From positions 6,646,889-6,710,888 of the forward strand of contig CAVNZM010000012.1 of NCBI GenBank assembly GCA_963693365.1: a DNA stretch of 64,000 bases, in the 5' to 3' direction. The notes beneath the pieces are model-generated. The model saw only the letters and a program-made list of their open reading frames with translations, ran no database searches and had not been told where the DNA came from. Within the stretch, counting starts at the first letter, position 1. Every line of letters begins with the position of its first letter. Both the position numbers and the translations under genes were made by a program. This DNA comes from Amoebidium appalachense. Lineage: Eukaryota; Protista; Ichthyosporea. Below, in pieces: positions 1 to 27,456 of this stretch.

Positions 1-97
1 AATCGACACTGTGTTCCCACTGAACCCTCCGGAATGGTTGTCGACCATGCCGCCATGCGACGAGTAAGGGTTGCTCATCGCTCCAGAAGCTGCTCCC

Positions 98-504
98 TGT
101 TGGAGTGCAGACTTACGCTCACTCCACAATATGTGTATGTTAGCTTTACAATTGGTTCCGTGTACACAGACACACGCTGACACTCGATCACCACATGCAC
201 ATCTGCATAGTTGAGGAATGTTGCCAATTGTGTTTTGACTGCAAACGATTGGTTCACTGGTCCCAGAGATCTCTAAATGAAAGTAACCAATCCGATTAGC
301 GCCTGGCATCCGGATTACATTCCAGACTGCTGCCCCACGGGTATATAAGCCACGTCTCTGCCAGGTGCAGACATGGAGTTGAGTCATGGAGTAAAGACAT
401 GGAGTTCAGTCATGGAGTTAACACACTGAAAGCAGTAAAAAAACGGGTCAGCGCCCAAGCGCGCCACGACGAGGGCCTAGTCACAGCGGACTCTACTTCC
501 AACA
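98..504 (+). repeat. 5' LTR of TRIM
   Basis: TG...CA ends with 7-bp inverted termini, CCAAT and TATATAA (about 342), and about 4 copies of a 13-bp CATGGAGTTCAGW repeat. Confidence 0.9.
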
Positions 505-808
505 GGGTTATGGGCCCAGACACGACACCGCGGCCTCTAACTTCACGTCCCCTACGACGCCTTGAACGGAGGAGCCAGAAACCGACTTCTAGGCTGTACC
601 CTACACCCGCGAGCGTATTTCCGTGAAGTAGAGACTTTCGCTTCCACAAACTCCATCCGCAGCAGCCTGCGACATCAACGTCAAGTATTCCACTTCATTG
701 GCGGGGCACGCACCACAGTGGAATGCACACCCCGGTCTACCCTGCAAGCAGCCACACTCACTCTCTCTTCTCTACAGTGGTGTGTACACTTCTCCAATTG
801 GGTAGGGG

Positions 809-1239
809 TGTTGGAGTGCAGACTTACGCTCACTCCACAATATGTGTATGTTAGCTTTACAATTGGTTCCGTGTACACAGACACACGCTGACACTCGATC
901 ACCACATGCACATCTGCATAGTTGAGGAATGTTGCCAATTGTGTTTTGACTGCAAACGATTGGTTCACTGGTCCCAGAGATCTCTAAATGAAAGTAACCA
1001 ATCCGATTAGCACCTGGCATCCGGATTACATTCCAGACTGCTGCCCCACGGGTATATAAGCCACGTCTCTGCCAGGTGCAGACATGGAGTTCAGACATGG
1101 AGTTCAGTCATGGAGTTCAGACATGGAGTTCAGTCATGGAGTTCAGTCATGGAGTTAACACACTGAAAGCAGTAAAAAAACGGGTCAGCGCCCAAGCGCG
1201 CCACGACGACCCTAGTCACAGCAGACTCTACTTCCAACA
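809..1239 (+). repeat. 3' LTR of TRIM
   Basis: Near-identical to 98-504, with about 6 copies of the 13-bp repeat (1081-1157). Confidence 0.9.
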
Positions 1240-3744
1240 CTCCCGTCGCCAACCCTCCCAGGGCGGCAGCTCCACCCGCAACGGCGGCTCCGATTGCCGG
1301 AGCAACTATCATGATAACCTTTTTCTCCGGTTGTTTGGCCCCGCGGAAGTCGCGTGCTGCCACCGTGGCTTCCTCGTAGTCATCAGCCCCGCAGGTCTCA
1401 GCCACACAGCGGCTGTGCATCCGCTTCAGCAGACGCCCCGACCGGCCCTTTGCCAGCAGCTGGTCGTGCGTGGCGCCACACAGGCGCACGCAGTAGTCCT
1501 CGTCTCGGTCGCAGCGGCTGACGCAGCGACGAACACCGCTGCGGCCTTTGGCTGCTGTCGAAAAGTCCGCTGACTGGGTCTCGCGTTCGCACAGGTCGGT
1601 GCACGTCAGCCCGGCGGAGAGCGTGGCGACGGCCAGCAGCGCTGACAGCACCCAAAGGACGGCGGTCTTCCCCATGTTCAGCGGCTTAACACGTTAGTGT
1701 AGGCATATGTTCTGCACGCCTGGTTATTACCTCCTGCACCCACTTCCTGCGCCGCGGCACAAATTCGCTATTTTTTATAACTAAAAACCGCCCGCCTCCT
1801 AGAAGATGGTCGTCACCCACCAGCAGACTGCATGTGCATGCAGACTGAGCGCGCCGATGTGTATGTAGCCAAGGCTTACCTATTGTATCTGCCTATCTGA
1901 GTTCGATTCCAAAGTTTTAACGCGGCTTGCTTTGAAGACTCAAATTATGCCAGGCCGAGGGGTCTAATGAGCTTTGAAAGTCACTACTGAAACATGTACT
2001 TGAAATTTAAACTGAAAAACAGTAAAATGCATCACTGCCGTATGGCATACCATGCATCATTACCATGATGTTGATTGTTCCACAGCCACATGACAGGTTG
2101 TACCTGTACACTGTCACGGTATATTTGTACACGCGTACAGAAATTTTGAATTCAAGTTAAACTGTCGCCTTTATTATGAAAGTTCATGTAAACCCATTTA
2201 GGCCCCACCGTTGGTCGAATGTGGCTGAGCCTCCGGCAGTGTCCACGCAATAAAAAGTGTGTAAACCCCAAATCTTGTTCCTTTTGTTAAAATTATGAAA
2301 GTTCGTATAAAAGGTCCCACCGTTGATGCTGTGCACAATGCAATACAAGTGTGCATCTTCGCACACGGCTGAAATCAGTGCTGCGTATACATACAATTAA
2401 ACTATACAATATTAATGCCTTCCAACAGCTAATATCATTGTTTACCCTATCACTTCCAACGGTAAATAAAATTTTCTGCCTTTTCTTCATCTCCAATTCG
2501 CAGGCTAGGACACAGAATTACTCACACCTAATCATTGCATAGCTTATAATTAATGTGTGATGGATCTATTTTATCCTTCGCAAACAGCAGTGATCGGAAT
2601 CCGTGGAATGTGCTGTTTACAAGGCGGTATGTGCCGCTGGAATGTGCTGTTTGTGACTTGAAGCTTCTGATTAGCCTCATTGACTCACCACTACTTTTAC
2701 GTAAGTACTGTACTGTACAGTACCAATATCGCGTGCATGGAAAGATGGGGATTTCTTGGTGCATGGGCAGCATATAAGCAAATTTTCATGGCCACCTGCC
2801 CATTTTCTGGGGGATCAACGAATGAAACCACCAGCAGAGCTATTCCAAGCTGACTCACGGAGCGTGTTATAAATGATTTTCTCAAATTTAACACAGCAAG
2901 AATTAGCCAATCGCAAACGAGCCAATCATTAATGACTTTGAAATATCCATCACCATACCAGAGTATAAAAAACTTCGCAGCCTATTCTGCGAGAGCCCTG
3001 TACATAGTGTACCTGAAATAAAGAACTTTGAGACGACCTCGAAGTTATTAAAGCGTTTTCCCCTGTCGACTCCAAATACTGCTGCATACAATATCACATT
3101 ATCACACGTCACAACTCCTAAGAGAAACATCTAAATTAGATGATATCTGGAGGCTGAGATGCATGATTCATACCGTATTGTATACCTGACATGACCGTCA
3201 CGGCGTCCAGGCACAATGGCCGCTTGACACCTTATGAAGCTACATATACTGGCCGTACCTATTTTTTGATTTTTTGTTTTCTTTTTTGCCCTGCTTTTTT
3301 TTGCTATAATTATGACAATTATTATTAATTTGTAAATCAGCCCGGGCATCAGGCTGTAACTACACATGATATCGATCGATATGCTCTCACATATGATATT
3401 TGCCGCTCATAATATCGTTTGGAACACGTGCGCACGATCATGGCCCCCCGGCCCCCCCCCCTCCCACCCGACAACACACACACACACGTGTACACACGCA
3501 CACACACACACACTTACACACACACTTACACACACACGCACACACACAGACACCCAAACGCACGCACACCCACGCACACACACACACACACACCCAGTCC
3601 ACACACCCACACACCCACAACCCGCCCACACCGGTCACCCATCCACCCACACCCGGCCACCCACCCACGCACACACACGTCTTCCCTAATCCAATGCTCC
3701 GAGCAAACTGCTACTGGTGGTGGTGGTGGTGGGTGTGTGTGTGT

Positions 3745-3793
<49 letters not shown>

Positions 3794-3847
3794 GGGGAGA
3801 GGCACATGTACAGCTAGGTTCCCCTCAGAATCGGACAGCTAGGAAAA

Positions 3848-3893
<46 letters not shown>

Positions 3894-4218
3894 CAAGATG
3901 ACATGATCCACGAATCTCAGCGATTCTTTTTCATTCGTACATAATCGGGTGATCCCGCTCTATCGCCTACTACTCGGCTTGGGAATTCAATCTTTACGGC
4001 TACCTAGGCATATATCGTTCACAACATTCATCCAGGGAGAAAATCACACCAATTGTACCAGAGCTGACATAGGTATACACAATCGGCGGGGATAACATGC
4101 AAAAAATTGGTGGTATCTGTCGTGTGCATCTGTGTCTCTCTTTCTTTAATCTCCCCGCGTGTGTTTATCCTTGTTTCTGTGCGTGTGTGCGTGTGCGTGG
4201 TTGGTGGTGGTGGTGTGT

Positions 4219-4250
<32 letters not shown>

Positions 4251-4362
4251 ATACGTTTGGGGAGAGGGGGGGGGGGGGGGGGGGGGGGGAGAGAGAGATT
4301 ATGGCCAGATCTTGAGTAAAAAAGTTGCATACACATGCACACACACCTAAAACACACAAACA

Positions 4363-4489
<127 letters not shown>

Positions 4490-4584
4490 AAAAAAAGCAA
4501 CAATAGAGCATCACCGGAATGGGAACCAATGTGCCATAAAAAGGCAACCAATCCGCACCCAACCAATGAAATTCAGCGCTGCGG

Positions 4585-20977
<16,393 letters not shown>

Positions 20978-21460
20978 GTTTGCGGAATCACACAGCGGGT
21001 ATACCGCTGACTAGAATTGTTGGCGCAAATGTTCTAGTGGATTCTGGAAAACATCTAAAATCACAAGGAGCCTTATACAGAGCCAGAGTTAATGATTTGT
21101 AACGCCCAGGTAGATTTTTCTTGCCAAAAAAATAAATGAACGAACTCTAGTAGCCTTCTGTCCACTCGTAATGTAGGTACCAGAAGCCCTCCCACTTTCC
21201 TTCACACCACATGAAAAATCTCTTCGTCCTCGTTTACTTAACGGAGGCTAAAGTGAAAGCTTAAAACCTTCCGAGCTGTATAGCTTGCCTCAAAACTCCG
21301 GAGATTAGCCCCGGAAACTAGTCTCTTCCCCTACTGAAACACAAGGAGTCGTCTCCTGCAAGTCTGCGTCTCATTAATGCACGTGGACTCTTGGGCACAG
21401 AGGAAAGCAATGTGTGCGCCTATAGGTGATCACTGATTGGCTATACCCGCATCAATGACG

Positions 21461-22040
21461 TCACGATCCCGCCACATCCACCCCCATAGCCTCATAATCC
21501 TCCAGCGTCGAAGGCCGTGTCTCCCTGGCCTTCATCTTCTTGGTCACCCGCTTGCTGGCGGTCATCTTCAGGCGCTTTGTGTGGTTTGCGGCGTCTCTTT
21601 TGGCCAGTTTGGTGCTTTCCATACTTGCGACGTCCGTGATGTTTACAGATGAAATGGGTGGTGACAGCAATGAGGCGAGCTCTTCATGGTCGGGGCCGTC
21701 ACTACCACAGAGAACCACGACCTTGACGCCATATCGCTCAAGGAGCCACCAGAGAAGGTCGCCGGCGAGTCTGCAGAGTCGGTCTTTGTAGGTAACCACA
21801 ACCTCTGCGACAGCTCCCTCGCTTGCTCGTTCCAAAAGGGACAACAGGCCTCGCCTCTTAAAGTTGACACCACTCCCGACATCCGAGATGACCTCGTGAC
21901 TGGGATACCGTGCACGGATAAAGTCAATCTGTCGCTGGAGGTCCCCTTTCTGCTTTGCAGAGGAGACCCGTGCATAGGCAATGTGGGCTCTTCGTCTGGG
22001 TGCGGTCTCTTCACTCCCCGATAGCTTTGCCACGTCATTC
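21461..22040 (-). pseudogene. Possible N-terminal fragment of a Fanzor2/TnpB-like ORF overlapping tnpA; no RuvC domain
   Basis: The alternative frame is open across tnpA with PFWNEQARELSQRLWLPTKTD...SWFS and, across the same frameshift, continues into a Lys/Arg-rich stretch (KRLKMTASKRVTKKMK). From recollection this resembles N-termini of IS607-linked Fanzor2. It could partly be a shadow of conserved tnpA codons. Confidence 0.5.
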
Positions 22041-22210
22041 CAGAGGTACAGACGGGTGTTTGCCGGGGTCCGAACGGAGCCAATCCTCCTGGTGTCTGCC
22101 CACTACCGTCTGAGAGTGGCAGTGGTGACACCAAGCCGCTCCCTGACGACGCCGGCTGGGACATACTTTGCGTCCTCGGGTGTGCCCGGGGAGTACCTGT
22201 GTCCGCCCAT
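21492..22210 (-). pseudogene. tnpA: IS607-family TnpA serine recombinase (MerR-like HTH + resolvase), inactivated
   Basis: HTH RERLGVTTATLRR*WAD..IGSVRTP..TRLY, catalytic YARVSS, QKGDLQRQI, SDVGSGVNFKRRGL, VVVTYKDRLCR. In-frame TAG at 22103-22105. A frameshift near 21675 moves the expected tail (LIAVTTHFICKHHGRRKY) to another frame, which ends at TGA 21492-21494. Confidence 0.92.
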
Positions 22211-22968
22211 AGCTGCATCAACCAGCGACTCTTTACATATGCCCCGATTATTTTTCTGACAACATCCAAAAGTTGCAAAATTGGCCAGTTTCACTCCGTA
22301 GATATGGCCATGTTTATTGTAGTTTGTGTGTGGCTGGCCATGTCAAACCGGTGACATGGACTGCATTTTGTCATGTATGTGGTCGTTGAAAGCTTTTTAC
22401 ACAAATGCACAATTGCAGTGTCCACTGAGAATATATTGTCATTGTTGGTTAGAAATGTTATAAATGCCATAAGCTGCTTTTGCCATGGGGGTCACGGAGT
22501 GGGCTTATATAGACCCTCACATGGCTCAAATAGCCTCGTCAGAACCTGTGTTTGGACGTGTTTGACATTAGCACAGCAGGGTTGCCACTGGTCATATCAA
22601 AGCCACCATGCCTACATCCAAGGCTTGGACACCAAGAGTGTTACTGGTGCAGTTCTTCAAGCTCTTTACCGGAGTGCTTGGTCTGAACGAAATGTAAGTT
22701 TTTGTTTGCCAGATTGTCCATAAGTAAGCTTGAACACAAACCAGTTAGTCTTGAGTTCAATTTGCAACTGTCGTGTTGTTGTTGTTTTTTTTTTTGCGCT
22801 GTGTCTGGTTGTGTGATGTACTTTTGCGGGTATGATGAGAGAGCTGCAAGGTTGTGCCTGGTGTTTGTTTTCTGACTGTGCTGTGTGGTAGGGGACGTGC
22901 AAACCAGAAGCACGGGTGTGCCTTTGAATTCTTTTGTTATAATTTTGCTTTATTTGAGGTTTTTCAGG

Positions 22969-23859
22969 GTAGTGTTCATCTACCGAGCACGCCACCACAG
23001 TGACTGACTCTCGCACAACCGGCACACAGGGGCCTTGTTGTGCAGGTGCATCTGGAGGCCGCATCTGTCCGCAATGCCGTCTGCAAGTATGCGCAACTCA
23101 TCCCCGAATTTGCCGGCTGCACGTCCTTTGCGATGTTTCTGACCAACCAAATCATGACCCGCCACACCCAGCGTGCCCTAGAGTCTGCAGCGCGGGTGCC
23201 TAAGGCCGAACTGTTCTATTTTTGCCAACTAAGAGATCGCTTACACGGGCGCTGTGTGGGCGGACCTTGTGGCGGGCTTTGACCCCAACCTCTCCCGCCA
23301 AGACTCCTATAGCAAACAGGATGTGTATGAACTGGTGAAATTGGCACTCCACGAGCGCCAACAGCGACCACCGGTACCCTCGCCCACCGACATAGGCTCC
23401 CCAAAAACCACCCATCGTCGAAGATGCCAATCGGCTGTGGCTCGCAAGATGTTACCCGAAGATGTTTCCGGGCTCGAGGCCTTGGCTTCGTCGCGTACGT
23501 TTCTACTCGCATACTCTGATGTGGCTGGCAAGAAGGAGGCCAGCGAGAGCCATGTTGCGTGTCTATACGCGTGGCTACGAGATCAGCTCAATGGGAAAAA
23601 ATGGAGACACAAGCTTCCAAACATCATCGGCAACGTGGCTTGGCTTGAAGTCTCAGATGACGACCGCCAACACATCTCTACTCTTCTTGGCTGTGTGACC
23701 CCACGTGCGGGTCCCAGGCTGCCCGAGTCACCCCCTCAGACCACACACGGCAACATTGACGGGCATGCCAACCAGTCTCAGGCTAGCCCTGTCACCATCA
23801 CAGATGACCACGCCAACGCCGTCACGGAAGACCACGCCAATGCCGTCGCGGCTGACTGA
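22969..23859 (+). pseudogene. Unknown protein gene, frameshifted, possibly with an upstream exon ending at 22693
   Basis: Overlapping complex ORFs 23040-23282 and 23254-23859 (ending in a duplicated TDDHANAV/TEDHANAV). GTAAGT donor at 22694 and TTTTTCAG acceptor at 22968. No family recognised. Confidence 0.4.
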
Positions 23860-24253
23860 GACTGCTGGGTCCGTGGACAGCGACACACAGTCTCTGGCAG
23901 CCAGTGTGAGTGTTGAGGTGTGCACCGTTGCTGCCGTCGTTGAGAGCCCGCCAAAAGTCACCGCCATTCCCGACAGTGTTGAATGGCACGGACCGAAGGA
24001 GAGCATCACCCCGCCAGCCAAACCCCGTCCCTGCAAAGACCTGCGCAGCGTAGATGCCGGGATTTTTGCCTACACTGTTGGACACCTTGTGTAGAGCATG
24101 CTTTTGTGCTGTCTGTGAGACCTAGAAACCTGCGTAGTTTGTGTGCCTTGGAGTGCATGGCTTTTTCTACCATCTTTTGAACCTAGACCACCTAATTGTT
24201 GGCTTCTTATCCTTTTTGACCATGTAATTGGCTAGCCCTGTGGGCATCTAAAT

Positions 24254-25582
24254 TCAGTCCTCGCTGGAACACCCGCCTGGGCCGTATGTTTGTGGAAAAA
24301 CAAACTTGAGCAGAAATATACTCGCTGGCGTGGATGCCGCCGCATTCACAGCCTTTACCATTAAGTGCGCTGCTTTCACTGCCTCCTGAAAAAACTGCCT
24401 TGCCAAAACCTTGCCATCTTGTGAACGTGGCTCAATGAGGCTTGCTATGCGCACATTGATGAGGGCCAATTCCGCGATGGTGGCCAGCGAGCCAACTTTG
24501 ATGGCCACCCATTTCTTCTCTGCATAGTTAAACACCTCTGCATCTATATAGGACCTGCACACACGTGGGCGCACCAGTGTTACCATTTTGTCAGGCTCGA
24601 TTGTCTTGTCGGTTGCATACAGCCACAGGTCCACCACTGACAGTGTGTCAAAAGATCCGGTCACATCAGCTGGGTACTGGTATTTGCGTGGCACCAACCG
24701 ACCCCATTTTGCAGGGAAAGACTTAGACAGTGCTTCCCCGGCAGCCACTGGGTCTGCCGCCAGAAAAGTGGCTTCAGAGCTCAGCTTGCCCGCATCAACA
24801 TATGAAAACCCCTTGAAGCGCGCGGGCCCCACAGGGCCCACGTCAGTCACATCTATGTCCAAGTTGGCCAGGGTGGTGGCCCCTACACAAACCACAAACG
24901 GCTTGAGTGTAGCTGCCGCGCACACAATGTAGTTGACCATCTCGAATGTTATGGCTGAATTAGGGGGGTCCACCTGATGTGTAGACTCCAAAGGATACAC
25001 GGCCTCCAGCACGTTAATACGCTGAAACACTTTATCCACTCGGTATGCCGCTGCCTGTGAGGCAAGCATGGTGTATAGATCCACACGCGCTGTGATTGGT
25101 CCAATCAGATGCAGGCCGTCGGAGGTAACAACACGATCTAGAACAGACAGAAACATGGGGGTGGCGGTGGTTACATCGGCCACTTGAAGCTCCGGCTTTG
25201 CATACACTCGGTGTGTGCCCGGGTGCATGCCTAATTTCCAAAATGCAGCGGGGAATCCGGCATCTTTCAGCAGCCGGACCATGGCCTCTGCATCGTCCTG
25301 TGCCGTGTTGCTGTACATGTCATAGTCCGGGACTGATACAGCACGGTTGTAGAACACCAGGTCTGGGCGGCGCATGTGTACCAGCTCGTTCAGCGCCGTC
25401 CCGCCGTACATCACAAGTTTGCGTGCGACTGCATAGTCCCGCACTATGCCCACTGCACGGCGCACCTCGGGTGTAAGGGCTGATGGTTTGTGGTCCTTCA
25501 AGTTGGTGTCCTCCAGATAGCTGGTCCAGATTTTCATCACATGGTCAAACATGAACGGGCTCTGTGTGGGTCTGATGGTCAT
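24254..25582 (-). CDS. Giant-virus (NCLDV, Mimivirus/poxvirus-type) poly(A) polymerase catalytic subunit homologue
   Basis: Intact intronless ORF with ATG at 25582 or 25552. Pol-beta nucleotidyltransferase signature in viral PAP spacing: LVMYGGTALN...VFY....PDYDMYS....DA....L..AGF......GMHPGT.RVY....VADVT, followed by DLY.ML....YRVDKVFQR...LE.VYPL. Confidence 0.88.
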   Translation of the reverse strand: MTIRPTQSPFMFDHVMKIWTSYLEDTNLKDHKPSALTPEVRRAVGIVRDYAVARKLVMYGGTALNELVHMRRPDLVFYNRAVSVPDYDMYSNTAQDDAEAMVRLLKDAGFPAAFWKLGMHPGTHRVYAKPELQVADVTTATPMFLSVLDRVVTSDGLHLIGPITARVDLYTMLASQAAAYRVDKVFQRINVLEAVYPLESTHQVDPPNSAITFEMVNYIVCAAATLKPFVVCVGATTLANLDIDVTDVGPVGPARFKGFSYVDAGKLSSEATFLAADPVAAGEALSKSFPAKWGRLVPRKYQYPADVTGSFDTLSVVDLWLYATDKTIEPDKMVTLVRPRVCRSYIDAEVFNYAEKKWVAIKVGSLATIAELALINVRIASLIEPRSQDGKVLARQFFQEAVKAAHLMVKAVNAAASTPASIFLLKFVFPQTYGPGGCSSED

Positions 25583-25667
25583 GCTTGTGCTGTTGGGAGA
25601 TGAATCAAAAAAGATGCCAATGTGTATGGGGTTTGCCAAAAACAACGCAAAACAGTGGGTGGGTGGT

Positions 25668-25808
<141 letters not shown>

Positions 25809-26189
25809 CCACCCCCCCTGTCAGTGCTGGGTGGAAGACGGCAGTTCCAGGAACAAAACGGGATAACCCCCCCCCCTACCCCTACCCCCCCTCCCCCCCC
25901 AGGTCACATGACCCGTGGATCCTTTTGACAAGAATATTGATTGGCTGGGGCTGGTTTATCATATCTGGAGCTTCATTATAGATTTGTTTGTTTGTTTGTT
26001 TGTTTATGTATTTGTTTATTTATGTATTTGTTTATTTGTTTATTTATTTATTTATTTTTTTGTCCATTCGCCACATTTGCGGAACGGTTCGCAACACATT
26101 AAACCAGCTAAATATAGAGTGCGTGAAAAACACGGCCAGCGGTGATCAGGAGTGCGGCTTGCCCAGGCCCTGCCCATGGCATGAATACA

Positions 26190-26325
26190 GCCTGAACCAA
26201 TCCGCCGCACATGATTGGCCATCATATCGCGCCGGCGCAAATTCCTTTGCTCATGATTGGTTGCAGGTCACACATTGGCTTTTTTGGCGGGAGGCAGTAT
26301 GCCGTGCAGCGGCTATAAACTGCAC
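26190..26325 (+). promoter_or_regulatory. Pol II-type promoter: four CCAAT/ATTGG boxes and a TATA box
   Basis: CCAAT about 26198, ATTGG about 26214, 26256 and 26274, CTATAAA 26313-26319, about 65 bp upstream of AAGATGG at 26385. Confidence 0.55.
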
Positions 26326-26384
26326 ACTCAGGCCGTCAAATGTCATTATCCGCTGCAAACATTGACTCTTAAAAACACAACAAG

Positions 26385-26600
26385 ATGGCCGGCAAGCGCG
26401 TTTCTACCATGCTGATTGATGAGCAAGGACCAGCAAGCAAGAAGGCGCGCCTGGGTGTTGCCATCCCGGCATTCCCCTGCTGGACCCAGGTGACCGGCAG
26501 CAACGGCCTGCCCCTCACAAGCGCAACCATACTGCACGGCAAGGATATATACATTGATGCGGACGGCCTGCTTGGCAGCGGCATTCTCTTCAACCGCATT
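26385..26600 (+). pseudogene. 5' part of an unknown gene truncated by a gypsy LTR
   Basis: Good Kozak ATG, NLS-like PASKKARL, GC3-rich codons; the frame runs into the LTR start at 26601. Confidence 0.55.
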
Positions 26601-27318
26601 TGTCGTATCCTATTATATGTGTACTAGAGACGCGGCACTCTACTAAGTGTACACACACGAAAAGGAACGAACGTGTACAGAAAAACGGTAAAGTTTATTA
26701 AGACCAGGCTCCGACGGGCAAACTTAGATCCGTACGGATTGAGTCTAAGTTACGACTGAGGCCATCAAGGCCGTGCCCTACAAGATCATCATCACCTGGC
26801 CCCCTACGATGCCACATTCCATTAACATTCCGATCTACTTTTATCGTGCGCCTGCACGAGCTAAGTCGATCTACTCAACTAATATATTTATCCAAGTCTC
26901 ACCCCTCACCCTCCCCCTAGTGGCACCGCAGAGTCTAAATCTACATTTCATACTATCCTCCCCCCCCCTCCCTCCCCCCCTTTCCTCTACATCTACATAT
27001 ATAAATACGTTTGGCAACATATACTATCAAACCTTGCCAATCCTTACAAAAGGGCTTCTGCCCGAACAATCACATTCCTAAGTCCTCCTACGATCTATCC
27101 TACACACTAATTAGAATTCTATTGGACGGCTGTCCCGGCTGACGTGGTCCAATGCCCTGCGCCGGCAGAGGCAAATTGCACGCAGCTGTTCAGCTATCTT
27201 GAGGCCCCGGACTTGATCTTGATGATCTGTGGACCCGGGCCACCCCCCCCCCCCCCCCCCCCCCCCGATCTCGATCGTAGACTTAGGCTAATCTGCTGAG
27301 ACGGATTAGTATATGTCA
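26601..27318 (-). repeat. 3' LTR of gypsy copy 1 (718 bp)
   Basis: TG...CA termini, near-identical to 53039-53756, with the minus-strand polypurine tract GGGGGGGGAGT adjacent at 27319-27329. Confidence 0.93.
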
Positions 27319-27456
27319 ACTCCCCCCCCGGCCCCCGGAAAACTTGAAGCTGAGTCCCACCTCAGTCACATTACATCTAACACCCCCTAAAAAGACATAG
27401 ACTAATCAGTCTCCTAAAAAAATTAAATTAAATGAATGACGAAGAAAAATAATAAA

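Larger units (their letters stand above)
98..1239 (+). mobile_element. Copia-type TRIM (non-autonomous miniature LTR retrotransposon)
   Basis: Two near-identical direct repeats, 98-504 and 809-1239, each TGTTGGA...TCCAACA. A 5-bp CTCCC flanks both outer ends (93-97, 1240-1244). PBS GGTTATGGGCCCAG follows the first LTR and purine tract GGGTAGGGG precedes the second. The 304-bp interior has no gag/pol motifs. Confidence 0.92.
1..1675 (-). pseudogene. Secreted Cys-rich / Gly-Ala-zipper protein gene disrupted by the TRIM; continues past the left window edge
   Basis: ATG at 1675, signal-peptide-like MGKTAVLWVLSALLAVATLSAG, CxxxC-type motifs (CTDLC, CVSRC, CVRLC, CVAETC). Removing the TRIM and one TSD copy gives an in-frame join ...GGLATG-AASGAMSNPYSSHGGMVDNHSGGFSGNTVSI. 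Confidence 0.75.
21461..22476 (-). mobile_element. Truncated IS607-like element with its left end
   Basis: tnpA plus about 270 bp upstream. Similarity to the two other copies (53764-54057, 61180-61473) stops sharply at CAG|CTTATGGC. Short TGGCCAT/TGGCCAG repeats lie in this end. The right end was not identified. Confidence 0.7.

Noticed and set aside
2184-3367. Short hydrophobic ORFs suggesting a decayed membrane-protein gene
   Set aside because: Many stops, no recognisable motif and no consistent splice model.
21461-22033. The 190-aa ORF as an intact resolvase
   Set aside because: It lacks the HTH (cut off by the TAG at 22103-22105), and its C-terminus is in the wrong frame after about 21675.
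26773-27081. ORF repeated at 53038-53517
   Set aside because: It lies within the LTR on the antisense strand; the repetition reflects LTR identity.
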